This document shows, in pieces, positions 42,251 to 56,400 of a stretch of DNA of 64,000 nt. The translations under genes and the position numbers were made by a program. The stretch comes from the human T2T-CHM13v2.0 reference genome, Homo sapiens: assembly GCF_009914755.1 (NCBI RefSeq), contig NC_060933.1; one strand, 5' to 3'. Below the pieces are notes generated by a model that saw only the letters and a program-made list of their open reading frames with translations, was not told where the DNA came from and made no database searches. The first letter of the stretch is position 1. Each line of letters begins with the position of its first letter.

Positions 42251-43069
42251 CTAAATTAGATTAGAAAAAGATTCACTAAGTTGATGCGTTCCAACCAAAA
42301 TGCACCATAAATATATCTTTAAGAGCACACTCAAATGCAGTTATTCTATCTTATTCCTGTCAACCTGTGATTAATGTTTCCAAGTGGAGCTGAACATAGT
42401 GCCATCAGCTCCAAGTTACTGTGTTACCGCTCCCGGCAACAGGGCTGGGTGAAGGGGAAGGGGATCAAATCAGTTGAGACGATGACAGCTATTCCTATGG
42501 GAAGGATTCCAATGCCTTATGGAATTTGAATACAGTCAGTCAGAGTCTTTGAAACCATACCAGGTTATTTGGGAGAAATAACAGATCATTAATTTCATTC
42601 CTTCTCATGGAGACTGAACTATACATTTATAGTCTGAGTTCATTTCTAAAGATAATCATCACCACCTCTCTTCCGGGCTGTTGTGAGGATCAAACAGGAT
42701 AATGGATGTGAAAGCACTTTCTAAGCTGGCAGGCACCACACAAATGCCTCCTGCTGTGACAGAGGAACCATGGCACATGGGCAGGTCCAAATCTTTGCTC
42801 TATCTCTTCCTAGCTATGTGCTCTTAGGCAAGTGACCTCACCTCTCTGGGCCTCAGGTACCACATCTGTAAAATGGGAATGCCTACTTCACAGAGTTATT
42901 GCAAAGATTAAGAAACCCTTTCTAGAGTACCTTATGCTTGACTGGCATACAGTAGCATTCAATGAGTGACAGCTACTGTGACACAGAATTATCTGCTGCA
43001 CTCAGAATAAAACAAGAGGCAAGAATAGGCTAAATCTTCAATACATTTTTTAAAATTGTATCAACATAC

Positions 43070-43123
43070 CTGGATCCTCTCTTGAAAGCTGTTTCTCTCC
43101 TTCTGATGCTCCATTTGTGCAGC
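43070..43123 (-). CDS. CDK5RAP2: CDK5RAP2 coding exon (~exon 9, 54 nt): AAQMEHQKERNSFQERIQ
   Basis: Manual translation. Acceptor ttcttag|GCT, donor CAG|gtatgt; phase 0-0. Confidence 0.95.
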
Positions 43124-44303
43124 CTAAGAAAAGGCATTAATTGGTGTGAAGAAGGGACGTGCAATCCAACAGCTTCTCCAGAACAATTAGAATGAGCACG
43201 TCCTTGTCGCTTACTCACCTTCCCCCACTACTGTGGAACTCGTTAAAACAAGTGTCCCCTCCCTCTCTCCACCCCACCCAAAGCCCTGCCTGATTTGAAT
43301 GAAGAAAAATGTGAAGACAACAACCTACCCTGGTTGATCACCAGCCCCACAGAGAGTAAACCACAGTGCTGCTTAACAAGACAAAGGCCTACTAGAGGGC
43401 CGTGTGGCGGAAGTGGGCAAGAGAGTTAAGAGGAGGGACAGGAGACAACTGTGGATTACAGATGAAAACGAACTGGCAAGGCTACAGCATCCACTGCTGT
43501 GGTAGGAGCACAGGCCCTGCTCCATGAAGAAACCAAGACTTTCTGTGAACAACCAGAACATCCCCAATGTGAACATACGACATGCAGCAGCTACTCCAAC
43601 AAGAATGGAAGGCCTGGACTAAGACCTACCTGCACTTCCCTGGCCTGCCCAACCTCTTCAAAAGAGCTTGCTGGGGAGGCCGCCTAGGGCGGGGGCAGGA
43701 GTCCAGGGAGGCTTTGGGGTCAGCTACTAGCAACCCATCTCTTGGAACCTGGAAAAATGTAACAATTCCTCTGAGCCTGAGCCCGTTTCTAAACGTGACA
43801 AGGAGACCATGAGCTCTACTTTGCCAGGTGGCTGGGAGGATTGAACGAGATGGTATACTGAACCCCTCCCATACTGCTAAGCCCGATACGAGTTAGTCCT
43901 CTTCCCACCCTACCTCTCAAGTTGCAGACCAAAGTTGGCCTCACACCTACTTCTAACCAAAAAGGCAAGATGGAAAACAATGCACCACAACTGTATCCTA
44001 AGAAAACCCAAAGGATGAAAATAAAGTCCCCAGGTAACAACAAATCAACACATGGTAAAACAGAGGTAAGCAGGTAGGGACTGGTTTTCTTTAAGCAACT
44101 CTTTATAGGAACAGGAGACTAAGAAGGAAAAAGAATGCCAGGGCCCCTGACAAAGGCAGTTTCTGCTCACTCCTCAGCTGACAGGGGACTCATATTTAGA
44201 AGCAGGCTGTGTGTGAACCATGAGGACCGAATGCGCATTCCATCTCCCACAGAGGAGTCTGGTTGGCTAATTAAAGCCCCCTCTTCATGTCCTGTCACCT
44301 CAC

Positions 44304-44466
44304 CTCAGTTTCTCTCTCCTTTTCTTCCCTTGGAGCAGCACAAAGTCCTCGGAGCTCTCCAGATGACACATTCTCATCAGGACATGCCATCTGAGATTTC
44401 TCCTCTTTAAGGCACTGAATTAAAGCTTCTTTGCTCTTCAAAGACAGCTTCAACTCCTCAATCAGT
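44304..44466 (-). CDS. CDK5RAP2: CDK5RAP2 coding exon (~exon 8, 163 nt): LIEELKLSLKSKEALIQCLKEEKSQMACPDENVSSGELRGLCAAPREEKERETE
   Basis: Within ORF 44295..44480. Acceptor ttttag|A, donor GAG|gtgagg. Confidence 0.96.
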
Positions 44467-44924
44467 CTAAAAGAGAACAAAATTTAAATATTAATTCTAA
44501 GCTGTTCTCTTAGCTCAGTGGAGCTGGAGGAGGAAGGAAATGGGGCCAGATATCTTCAAAGTAGACATATACAATGGCTGAACACAAACAGAATCACATT
44601 TTGCAGGTAGGAGATTAAGCGTCAGAATTCGTGTGACATTAACTGGTCCCCTGCCTGCCTCCAGCCTGGCTCCAGTCAATTCAACTCTGAGCTTCTGGAC
44701 TCTAGCCAAGCTGTGCTCCTGTTCAAATACCTTCAACGGTCCCCACCAACAGCAGTGGACTACTAATTTCTTTGGCCAAGAAATCCTCTCTCCAAAAGAT
44801 ATGTCACTGAAACCTAAGCAAACAAAACCAATGAAGCAGAGCTGTTCCGATAAGTGTGGAAAAAACGGAATGTCTTGCCAAGACTTCTCAGGGCAAAGTT
44901 TAAAAACACTGACTTTCAAGATAA

Positions 44925-45366
44925 AACCAACCCAAATATCCAACAATGACACACTGGATTAAGAAAATGTGGCACATATACACCATGGAATACTATGCAG
45001 CCATAAAAAAGGATGAATTCATGTCCTTTGTAGGGACATGGATGAAGCTGGAAACCATCATTCTCAGCAAACTATCACAAGGACAGAAAACCAAACACCG
45101 CGTGTTCTCACTCATAGGTGGGAATTGAACAATGAGAACACTTGGACACAGGAAGGGGAACATCACACACCAGGGCCTGTTGTGGGGTGGGGGGAGGGGG
45201 GAGGGATAGCATTAGGAGATATACCTAATGTTAAATGACAAGTTAATGGGTGCAGCACACCAACATGGCACATGTATACATATGTAACAAACCTGCATGT
45301 TGTGCACATGTACCCTAAAACAAAGTATAATTTTTTAAAAAAAGGAAAAAATAAAAAAATAAAAAA
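44925..45366 (+). mobile_element. 5'-truncated L1PA (L1PA4/5-like) 3' end
   Basis: ORF 44946..45128 ([25 protein letters not shown]...), L1 3'UTR and A-rich tail. No TSD found. Confidence 0.9.
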
Positions 45367-47844
45367 CGGTGAAACTCCTTCCCAGGCATTCCAGGTCCTA
45401 GGTCTTAGGGCCTACCAGATCAGAGGGCCCTGCCGACAGCTTCAGTCTCATCTCTCACGGGAAACCATCACCCTCTCCATCTCCACTCAGTAGCCTCACT
45501 TTCAGTTCTCTCCCGAAGCCAGACTGTTTCATGCCTCTACACCTTTGCTCGTGCTATTCCTTCTACCTAAAATGCCCTTCCCCACCCTACCCCCGCCTCA
45601 CCCCCACCTCTACCTGACAAACACCCATTCATCCTGCCAAAGCTAATTAAGCTCCCCTCCAGGAAGCTTTGCTACCTGCACCCCTAGTGCCCCACTCAGG
45701 AACAGCTGAACACATCCCTCTCTGGGCTGTGTTATCAAATAACACAATATAATTACCAAATTATCCCATATCAACTGCCCCTTGGCCATGGCAAGTAATT
45801 CCATCTCTCTGAGCCTGTGCCTCCTCAGCTACAAAATAGGGGTGACTTGTGATTGTGGACCAGAGACAAGCTATTTAAAACAATCTTGCACTGCTCCTGG
45901 AATATGGTGGAACTCAACAAATGACAGTTGTTATAATTATTACTTTTTTTTTTTAACATGTAACAATTAGCATTTTGTCAGAAGACCCTCAGAATAGCCT
46001 TTCTGCAGCTAAACCAAGAAAGCAACTTAGTTTGGGAGAAAGAAGAAAGATTTTGCAGTCAGACAGAGCTGCCCTAGTGAAGCACAGCTTCCTGGGATGA
46101 AGGTAAAGAGGGAGACAAAGGTAACTAAAGCACCTAGCAATGCACTAGGAGACAAGGTGCCAGGCAGCACCAGTGCAATGCCCCAGAAAACCTGGAAAGA
46201 GGTGTAAGATTGCCCTCTAGGGGCTCAACTTTGAAATCGTCACATAATCAATGGGAGAGGTAGTCACCGAACTATATACACTTAAAATTGAAGCACTGTG
46301 TTGTATGTAATTTATACACCAATAAAACTGAATTTTTTTTTTTTTTTAGTTACCTTAAAGCAAGTTCTACATAGAGAAAAGAAAAAGTAGGCAGGCCTGG
46401 TGGGGACTCCTGTGGCCAAGCTGGAGCACCAAGCCCATCTAAGGGGAGGGGTAGCCTCAATCCAGCAAGATGATACCCAGGGCTGCCAATCTCCTAGGTT
46501 TTAAACAGAAGGTGGAAATCCAGACTTCTGCATGAAATTCAATTTTTTACATACTGGCAACTAATTCACACTTTAAAAAATACTGTAAGCCAAACAGATC
46601 ATATCTGTTGGCATATTTGATCTGCAGGACTTCCCAGTATTAACTGCCTTAAAGACACAGAGCAGCTCAAAGGCCAGATTGAAGACAATAAAGTAGCTAA
46701 AGCATGCACCTTTAAAAAGGGTGGTGGGAGCCCAGAAAGATATTGGCAGAGTCCATCCACGTGAGGGGTCCCTGGGCCCTAAAGATTCAATACCTTGCCC
46801 TGCCCAACAGTGAGTCAATCTGTGTCGCAGATCTGGATCCGTCTCACCAGGGCAAAACCAAGGACTCTGGCTCCAGTTTTCTGCTAACCATCTGACCTTG
46901 ACTTAGCTTCCTAGGCAGGCCTGCCTTCAGGGAGGGAACACGCTGATCCTACACACCCAGGAAGGTTTCACCACAAAGAGGGCCACACCCTGAGCAAAAA
47001 TCCAGAGCTGGCATCTGACTGCTGCACTGATCTCTGGGAGTGCGCCTGGGACACAGCTATCCCTGAGAGACAGCTGCATTCATAGGACTGACATGTTGGG
47101 TTTTGGTGCCTCTCCAGTCAGACCTATGGGAAATCCCAGGAAGATGCCGCCTTTAGCAAAGCTCTGATCCGACATCCATGGAGACTCTACCACCTAGAAC
47201 ACAGTAAGTACTTGATACACGTTAACCCTTCCCAAAGTCCCCCTTCCAAAAAAAGATGAGCAATTAAGCTTCTGTGGCACATGCTAACAGGACCACTCTC
47301 CTCTAGGATCACCTTAAAATGTGCCAGGCTCTGTACCTTTACGTGCTGTTCTCTCTGCTAGGCAAAGCGTCCTCACCCAACTCGCAGGACTCCTTGTCTG
47401 ACAAGCCCTCCCCATTCCACGCCCAGGCAGAGCTGATCACACCTTGCTTTTGTCACAGCACGGAACCCTGGGCTCACCTCTATCACGGCATCAATCACGA
47501 CATATATTTTTTTTAACATCTATCCCCTCCCACACTGAGAGCACCATAGAAGCAGGACAACGTTCAGCCCTGCATTCCCAGCACGCATTCCCAAGGCCAC
47601 ACTCAGTAGTTGGTTAAGGAATGAATCTATACTTCCTCTAATTCAAGCTTTAATTCATACACCCAACCACATCCTAGACTCTACTCACTGAAGCTCACAG
47701 GCCCTCAAACCCAACATGTGCCAACTGAAGGTATCATCTTCCCTCTCCCTCCACCCAAAAACATTTCCTCTTTTTCCTTTTCCCCCAACAAAAATCAATA
47801 AATTGCACCACCCCACAGCTGCTCATGTTCAAAACCTGGGCAAG

Positions 47845-48150
47845 GGCCAGGCACAGTGGCTCATGTCTGTAATCCCAGCACTTTGAGAGGCCGGCAAATC
47901 ACCTGAGGTCAGGTGTTCAAGACCAGCCTGGCCAACATGGTGAAACGCTGTCTCCACTAAAAATACAAAAATTAGCCAGGCTTTTTTGGTGGCGGGCAAC
48001 TGTAATCCCAGCTGCTCAGGAGGCTGAGGTAAGAGAATCACCTGAACCTGGGAAGCTGAGGTTGCAGTAAGCCGAGATCACGCCACTGCACTCTAGCCTG
48101 GAGGACAGAGTTAAGACTCCATCTAAAAAAAAAAAAAAAAAAAAAAAAAA
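47845..48150 (+). mobile_element. AluS
   Basis: Full dimer; CCTGGGCAAG on both flanks. Confidence 0.9.
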
Positions 48151-50698
48151 TGCCTGGGCAAGGGTGTGTCACTGTAGCTTTTCCCCTTATCCCCCAGATC
48201 CAGTCAGTCACCAAGCCCTTCAAGCCCATCACATCCAGTCTACCTTCTAGCCTGTTCTCCTCCATTCCCAGCTCTGTCACCTCCACTTTGGTCACCATCA
48301 GCTCTTTCCTGGATTTCTGCATCAGCCTGAGAACCAGTCTTCTACCCAGCCCCAGTGTCAATCCATTCCCCAAGGGCAGGCAGAAAGACCTTTCTAAATT
48401 TAAATCTGATCTTGTCATTCCCTGAAGCCCCACCTTTAACTCTTCAGTGGCTTCTTGTATGCCTTTAGGATAAAACTCAAATTCTTCAATAAGGTCCATG
48501 TCACCTCCCCAGCTTCCCTCTCCTCACCTCTTCCCCACTCCTTTCCAGAACACAGCACTCAGGCCAGGCTATGCACCCTCCTGTACCTGCATCCTGCCAT
48601 GTTCCTTCTTGCCTCTGGACTTCCACTCGCACTGTTCCTTTACTTTCCTTTCTCTGTCCAAGTAATTCTTCCTCTTCCTAGTACTTCTCCCGGGAAGCTT
48701 TTCCTAATCCCTCTAAACTGAATTAGATATATGTTAACCCAGCATTGATCCTACTTAGCCCTTATCATCCTGCTCCTCCCTCCACCCCTCCCACCCTGCT
48801 GGATGATAAGCTTCAACTCAAACAATGAGATTCCTGGGGAGAGGAACCCAGGCTGTATCACTCCTTCTTACATTCTCATCACCACTGTGCTGAGTAGAAG
48901 ATGCTCAGGTGATATTTTTTGAATAAAAGGCATAAAGATCCAATAGAACCAATTAACTGACTGCTCAGCATCTGTCAGGACCCTCAGAGGGCCTTTTCTA
49001 TTCATTCTGTCCAAGGACCTCTTTTCAAACCTATCCCAAACCCTCTCCTTCCCCTTCACAGGCGCCAGGAATTCTGCCAGTCTTTTCTTCTTTGGTGGCT
49101 GCTCACATACTCTATTCCCTGGGTCCCCTACTCCCAGTTTAACTGCTCCAGACCTGTAGCTCCCCCAGGAAGACAAGCCCATAAGCCTTCTAAGGGCTTC
49201 ACTGCTGATGGGTTGGGAGAGATACAAGGGAACACGGAAATGATTCTGTGGAATTCTCACAGTCTAGTGGCTCCATGGGTGATGCCTGGAAAGGCCAGTA
49301 CTCTGGGGGGAGGCTCAGTAGGAGGGCACTTCCCAGGGAAGTTTCTCTTCCTAGCCATGAAGTCAAGAAAAACACAAGGTGTCAAATGGGTAAACTGAGA
49401 TGATATATATTCATTCCACTGAGGTCCATGGGGAACCCAGTTTCCTCACTCACCTTGAAATTATTAATCATAAAACTTTCATTTTCCAGATCAAAGCTAA
49501 GAAAAGATTGCAGAGCACCAAATAAATGCTCGCACCTCCAAATGCTGAAGCTAGGGCACTTACATGGAGGCATGGGCTCTCCCTCTGGGTCTATTTACTT
49601 TTCTTTTACAGATAATCCTATCCCAAAGATTAGGATTTGCTCATCTGATTTTCCAAGCAGCAGACTCCAATCTCCACAGGTGGTACCAAGGCAGAAGTAA
49701 AAGCAGACAAGAGTTGAGGAACCCGGCAGTTAGGCCAAGCACCTAAACAACACAGTAGTGCTAGTCAGTGCAGAGGGCAGGCACCAAATGACCAAGAAAA
49801 AGGAGCCAGTCAGTATCCTCCGAAACAGATCATTTGCTTTAGAACAATTTCTATCAAATTCCAAACAAGCTCGGCTCTTCAACAGATAGGTCACAGGTTA
49901 GCCAGCAGTTGGACTTATATTTAGTTAACCTTCCATTTAGTGACTGCCAAATAAGGCAAGAGTATCATAATGTAAGGTTTATGGTAAGGAATAAACTCAA
50001 CTTTCTCCTGACAAGTTTTTACCAAAAATTTCGTTGCAAAATATGATGGGCACTAAAGACTGCCTAAAGGACATATCAACTACCCAATAAACTAGAAGGC
50101 ACCCATTTTATCGTGGATCATCAAAGAGCTCTGTATTTGGTCTACACTGTTTTATTTTTGACACCTTGCCCTGTACTCATTTGGGCCTTGGGCTGCATTA
50201 AAAGATATAATGGAATATAAGTCACACGAAATTCACTGTTATTTCTTGTGGGGGCAGTCACTCACTGTTCACTTTGGGAAGAACCACAAGAGAAATTTCC
50301 TCTGATAGTGCCAAGTAAAACTGGGCTTCTCCTGAGTTACTAGCTTGTTTTACCTCATTTGCAATGTAAATCTTGTCTCTACCCTTTTTCCTTTGGCTCC
50401 CAGGAAGCTCATGGGCAAAATCAAATGCTAACTTTAGTATCTGAGTGGAACTTTTTAGCATGAATGTCTATCAGTAGACAATCTCTGACCTCATATGACT
50501 ATGCTATTCCTTTTCTCTTCCTCCTGATTTTATCCCTAGTTTTCTATCTAACTGTGTTGGACTTGTTCCCATTAGTCACTCAAGTCCTATGGGAAACATG
50601 GGGAGAAGGGAGGGATAAAAGAGAATAAAAGGAAACAATTCTTTCCCCACGCTGCCAGATAATGTGATGTCAGGGTATGACAGGGACAAGAGCCAGAC

Positions 50699-50853
50699 CT
50701 GTCTTTCTCATCCAGGACCAGAGCCATCGCCAAGTCCCCCTCGTGCATCTTCTTCATCTCTGAAAGCTTGCTTTCCAAACGCAACCGAAGAGCCTTCTCC
50801 GTCTCTGTCCCTGCAAAGGCCTTTTCCAGTTCTGCCTGGGCGGCTGTCACATC
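50699..50853 (-). CDS. CDK5RAP2: CDK5RAP2 coding exon (~exon 7, 155 nt): DVTAAQAELEKAFAGTETEKALRLRLESKLSEMKKMHEGDLAMALVLDEKDR
   Basis: Overlaps ORF 50587..50850. Acceptor ctag|GAT, donor CAG|gtctgg. Confidence 0.96.
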
Positions 50854-53367
50854 CTAGAGTCAAATTAAATGCATTTGATGCAATTTTTCAATACAATTGG
50901 GAACATTTTGAAAGGAAATTGGATTAAAATATAAATATTTATGACTTCTTCTCCAGCACATTTCCCCTCCCTGAATTGTACTATACATGGAGAGAATCAG
51001 TAATAAATACATTTGCCAGCCATTTTTCCCTCTTGTATCCTGAAGCATAACAGGCATTTCCAATGGAAAAGACTCAACTCTGTAAGAACTGTATTTTTGG
51101 TTTTGAAAAATCAGATCAATATTTACAGCTTCAAGAAGAACAAGAAGAAATGCTCCTCTCAATAATAAACATACATAAATTCCAAAGAGTCACCATAATT
51201 TCCATACAAATTCATCCTACACACCCCCACCGCCCTATTTTTTTAAGATAATGACTGAACAATTCTAAAGTACATTTTCTGTATCTCCAAGGTGATTCAG
51301 TTGGGAAAAAAAAAAAAAAAACAACTGTATGTTCTTCCCAAGAGGTCAGAGAAGCCAACGAGGAAATTATCTAAATCATGCAGGCAGTGTCTGTGTTAGG
51401 GAAAAAGGCCCTTGTGGTCATGAAAGTGACCTGGGAGTAGATATGAATCTCCAACTACTCACACCAACTGCCTCCAATTACATCACAAAGATAAACATCA
51501 AACAGAATTGGGTTCAAAACCCAGCTCTCCCACATACTTGCTGTGTGACCTCAGGCAGTTGCTAAACCTCTCTGAGCCTGAACTTCCCAATCTATAAAAT
51601 AGGGATAACCACCGTCCCATCAAAGAGCTACCATGAGTCTCTATCAAATGCTTGTTCCATCACAGGAAGCTCAGAAAAAAATGTTGGCTCCCTCCTCCCT
51701 GCCCTTGCCCTCCACAGTGCCGCCCCCACCACTATCTCCCCAAGGGGCTTCCTGTCACTCTCAATGAAAGCCGAAAAAAATCATTTATCATACTCTTAGA
51801 CAACAACAAAGCCTGTTATTTACTAAATGCCAGGCTCTGAGCAAGGAGCTTCATTCGTATTATCTCCCATCTGCATCCAACCCTAAAAAGTTATATCCTA
51901 AGACAGTAGAGTATAGCAGTTTAGAATGCAGGTCTGAAGCCAGACTACCTGATATTTACTGTCTGTGTGACCCTGAGCAAGTGACTTAGCCACACTGTGC
52001 CTGTTTCATCATCTGTTTAAAAAAAAAAAAAAAGAAAGAATGAAAAAGGATGACAGAAGTATTCACCTCACAGAGGTTTACTGAAAAGATTACCTTCCTG
52101 TCTATAAAGAGCTTAGAAGGATGTCTCACACAATGAAATGGTAAGCCCACAATAAATTGTTAATACCACAGTTATTATTACAATTACCACTGCAAACCAG
52201 GTATCACTGTCATTTTACAGATGACAAAGCAGAAGCTCAGGGTAGGCAAATACCTTATCCTAGGTGATAAAGCTAGTAAGTGACAGAGCAGAGACCTGTC
52301 ACTCCAACACATGGGAAAGCACTTACAGGGAAAAACAAATGAACCAGTAAGTTAGATCTCATAATTACATTTTCGCTAAAATTCAGAATTTGTGATCAGG
52401 AGAACCTTCATGTGGTTCTAGTTCTACCACTTCTGACCTATACTATGTTTCTAACCCCTCCAAGCCTGTTTAAAACACAGGTATTTTGGGCCTAATAGCT
52501 ACATAACCCCAAGACGACAATTTAAGGGCTGATATGAACATCATAAATGGAAAATTGTAAACTGCAAAATACAGTGCCTGCTCTTTGTATCCAGAAGTGC
52601 TTTTGGTGCCATTTCTCTCCATATCTAAAAAGAACCAGAGTTTCAGGTAGAGAAACTGTGATAAAACAAAAGATTTCAAAGACCAAGAATTAAATAGTAT
52701 TACTTAATACTAGCTTAAAATAGATAAGGAGACAGGATTTTTTAGCCAGGAAACATCCTGACTCCCATCACAGTGACAGGAAATACCTAACTGAGAGTAA
52801 ATAGAAGAAGTGACATGCAGTGCCTAATAGAGAAAAGACATTCCATGAGCACCAGCAGGATGGTTGGAGGGAAGCCAGATACCAGGGACCAGAGCTGGAA
52901 GGACACGTGGTAGCCTAAAGGTCAGAGTCTGGTTCCAGGCTTGACTAATGTTAGGTAAGTCATTTCCCTTCTCTGGCCGTCAGCTTCCACATCTTTAAAA
53001 TAATGGGGCTAAACTAGACAAGCAGAGTGGTGCTGTAGGAAGAGCATGGGCTTTAAAATCCGCATAGTTAAACCCAGGATTAAACCTACTAGTATTAGGT
53101 TAAGCCTATTAAACGAGTTAGTACTTCTCTCTGTATCTCAGGGATCTTACACAGAAATGAGGACCACAATGGCCAGTTTGTGGGTAAAGGGGTTATAAAT
53201 TATACATATAAAATGCCTGAAATGGGGCTACAATCCAGGAGATGCTCAATAAGGGTAGCTGTTGTTTCTGCTGAAACTGACGGTTTATAAAAAAAGAAAC
53301 AAAACTGTGCCAGCCTATTATTAACCCACTATAAGAAATACACTGCCCTCAGGATTTCCAGACTTGC

Positions 53368-53491
53368 CTTTTCCAAAAGGAGTATTCTTTTAGTTAGGAG
53401 ATCTTCCACCTGCTGCACCTTCTTTCGAGCATCTTCTTTCACCCGCTGGATTTCAGAGCCACCTGCTTCAGCTAAGCTCTCAACTGCTTTG
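53368..53491 (-). CDS. CDK5RAP2: CDK5RAP2 coding exon (~exon 6, 124 nt): KAVESLAEAGGSEIQRVKEDARKKVQQVEDLLTKRILLLEK
   Basis: Within ORF 53329..53520. Acceptor ttttgcag|C; non-canonical donor AAG|gcaagt gives the correct frame into DVT. Confidence 0.95.
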
Positions 53492-56400
53492 CTGCAAAAA
53501 GAGGCACAGGGGTAAAACATGCAAGGGTGATGGTCTGATGGTTATTTCACAGCCCCAAAGAGACAAGGAGTATTTGCTAGTCATTTCTCCCACAGACCTG
53601 TGCTGAGCTTCTTTTTCTTTAGCTTAATATTTATCATTTAAAAACACAGATAAGAAAAAAATTAGAATCATCCATAATCTTGTCACTCAGGATAACTAAG
53701 TCAACATTTTAGCATATAGCCTTTCAGACATTTTCTACAAAAAAGAATCATTTAGTACACATCAGTGAAGTGATCTTATTACTTAATATACTACGAACAT
53801 TCTTTTGTGTCAATAAATAAAAGTCTATATCATCATTTTTAAAGGCTGCATATTAATTCAATGTATGAAATGTACTATAGTTTACTAAATCAATTCTCTA
53901 TTTTTACAACATTTAAATTGTTTCTCATTTAACACATTGTATCTGACGATACTCAAAGTTCTGACAACAGTGCCTGGTACAAAGTAAGTATTCAATAAAT
54001 GTTGGCGATACTGTTTACTGTAATAAGTAATGTTACGATAAAAGCATCCTTGTATGTCTACTATCCAGTGACTTCCTGAGAATTGATTTGTAGAAAGGGA
54101 ATAGCTGGGTCACATGGTAAGCCCACTGCTAAGATTCTGGATAGCTATTGCCAAATTTCTCAGCAAGGGGCTTCCAACAAAGTACACTTCCACCAGTGGT
54201 GCAAGGAGGGCAGAGAGCTGGTCTGACAAACCAACGTGCAAAGGAGCAGTATGCAACGAAGTCTATATACTTCATCTTCTGCCAGCTGAAGAGAAAAGCA
54301 TTTTAAATGCATCAGGATCAATCTGTTTGCGCACTAGCTACCACTTAGGGCATAAAAAGGGGAGGTTACACAAGCAGCCCATACTCCGTGTTACTCTAAC
54401 ATAAAACACAGAGTACACACTGCTAGAGCACCATGGAATATTCTCTCCACATGACCGGCAGTGGTGGGAACGGCACGCCCAAATCAGACGCAGGACTACA
54501 ACCACCGATGCCAGAAGATAAACAGTGTCGGACATGACTCTGTAAGACTGTATGAGCAGTCCTCGTCAGATTTCTAAAATGACTGCAGGTTTCCAGAAGG
54601 CAAAATAATAAAGGAAATGCTTCCACCTAAGGCTGGTTTCTCAGAAAAACTGCAACAGAACAAATCTATTCACCACCAGCTTCCCATGCCCTACTTTAAA
54701 GATACATAAAATTTTTCCAACTGAGAGCCATGTGATCTCTCATATGTACAAGCCATGTGAATTTTTTACTGAGAACAATGGAAAGTCAAGAGGGCCATAC
54801 TTGTTGTCCAAATCTCAAACATGAGTCGCCTGAAAATAAAGACTTTATTAATATCTTTTTTCTTTTCACCAATAAAGCTTCAGAAGGCCCCAGTGTCATA
54901 CCATTTTAATGGAATTCAATGTGAACAACTGGAAAGAAAGAACATGGGCTCTGAAGCTGGACAGATCTGCTTCTAAATTTTTACTCTATTATGTCCTCAG
55001 TGGGACTCTGGGTGAATTACCTAGCCTCAGTAAATTACCTCTCACACCTCAGTTTCCTCATGTGAAAAATGAGATGATTACCTCTCAGAATTAATGTGCT
55101 CACACACGTCGGCCTGTTCCTCTCTGATCAGAGTGCTCTGCACACTAGCCCTTGGCCTCTGAGGCCCACACAGCACTGGCTCCTGCTGAGCAGCATGCTG
55201 TGAGAGGCCTCATGCTACCCTCTGCTGGGGTCTCCGCTGGCCAAAGCCAAGGCGCCTATTTCCATTTCCTGATTAATACCATTGAATGCCATCACCCCCC
55301 ACTCCCGGGGCTCATTTTTGGATCACTGTCTTGAATTCACAGTGATTCACAATCATTTCTATCACTCCTTGAGGAGCATTATACACGGCCGAAAGAATTC
55401 TGGACGAGAAGCCCTTCCTTCCCGAGCCTTGGCTACAGGATTTCTCCAGGAATGAATTTCTGCTACCCACTCACCAAGGTTTGAGGCCTGGGGCTTCACA
55501 GAGCCTCCTCTATAAAATGGCTCATCTCTGCTACCCTTTCCCTTACCCCTCCACCCTGCCCACCAGAGTGCAAATAGGCCGTCTCCCTCCTATCAGCCCA
55601 GATCTAACCTTTGTGTTTTGCTGTCTAAATCACATACATTGTCAAGAGGCTGATTACAATTTTTAACAAGTACTATTATTATTCAGTTTGTTTGAGTTTT
55701 AGTTATACCAGTAAAATATACTCCCAATAATAAATGTTCCAACTTTTCATTTATCATCTTTGTGCTTTACAGTTTCTGTGGCAATAAAATTTATACTCAG
55801 TAGTATGGTACAATTTTCCTCTACTAATGGAATTATTATTTTTGTTTGTGTTTTAAAGCTACAGAGATAAAATTTACTTGCAACAATATGACTGCTTTCG
55901 TTTTTTATGTCCCCTTATTGTAACTGATAAATATAACAATGGAAAACCAGCCAACAAATATGTTTATCTCACAGCAAGGCACAGCACACTCTGGAGGCAG
56001 AGCGGCCGCTACACGTTTCCCCACTCCTCGAACCTTGGTTTTCTCTCCACTCAAATGGGAATACTGACTGCCCACATAACTGATCAAATGCAATAAAGCC
56101 TGTCAAGCGCCAGATGCAGGATGTGGAACAAAGAAGGATCTCAGTAAGTGTTAGCTCCCTCCCTCGACCCTTTCTTTCCTTGCAGAATCTGGGCTAACAC
56201 ACAAGGTGGGCAGCAAGACCTGAGGAGAGAAAAGGCTGAGAGAAACTGGTTTCATCTAGCTTTCCACCCAATACAAGAAAGCCAGATTCTATAAATGCCA
56301 GCCTCACTACCCTTTTTAATTCTCCACATTTCCCCTGGATTCTTTTCATTCTAATTATGGTTCTTCAGGAAAAAGCAGGGGATTTTCCTGTGGCAGATGT

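Noticed and set aside
44294-44304. Tandem donor GAG|GTGAG|GTGAC after exon 8
   Set aside because: The +5 site is weaker and frameshifting, with no evidence of use.
46210-46228. CTCF-like motif (also ~17750 and ~40250)
   Set aside because: Mismatches at core positions; cannot be called without PWM scoring or ChIP.
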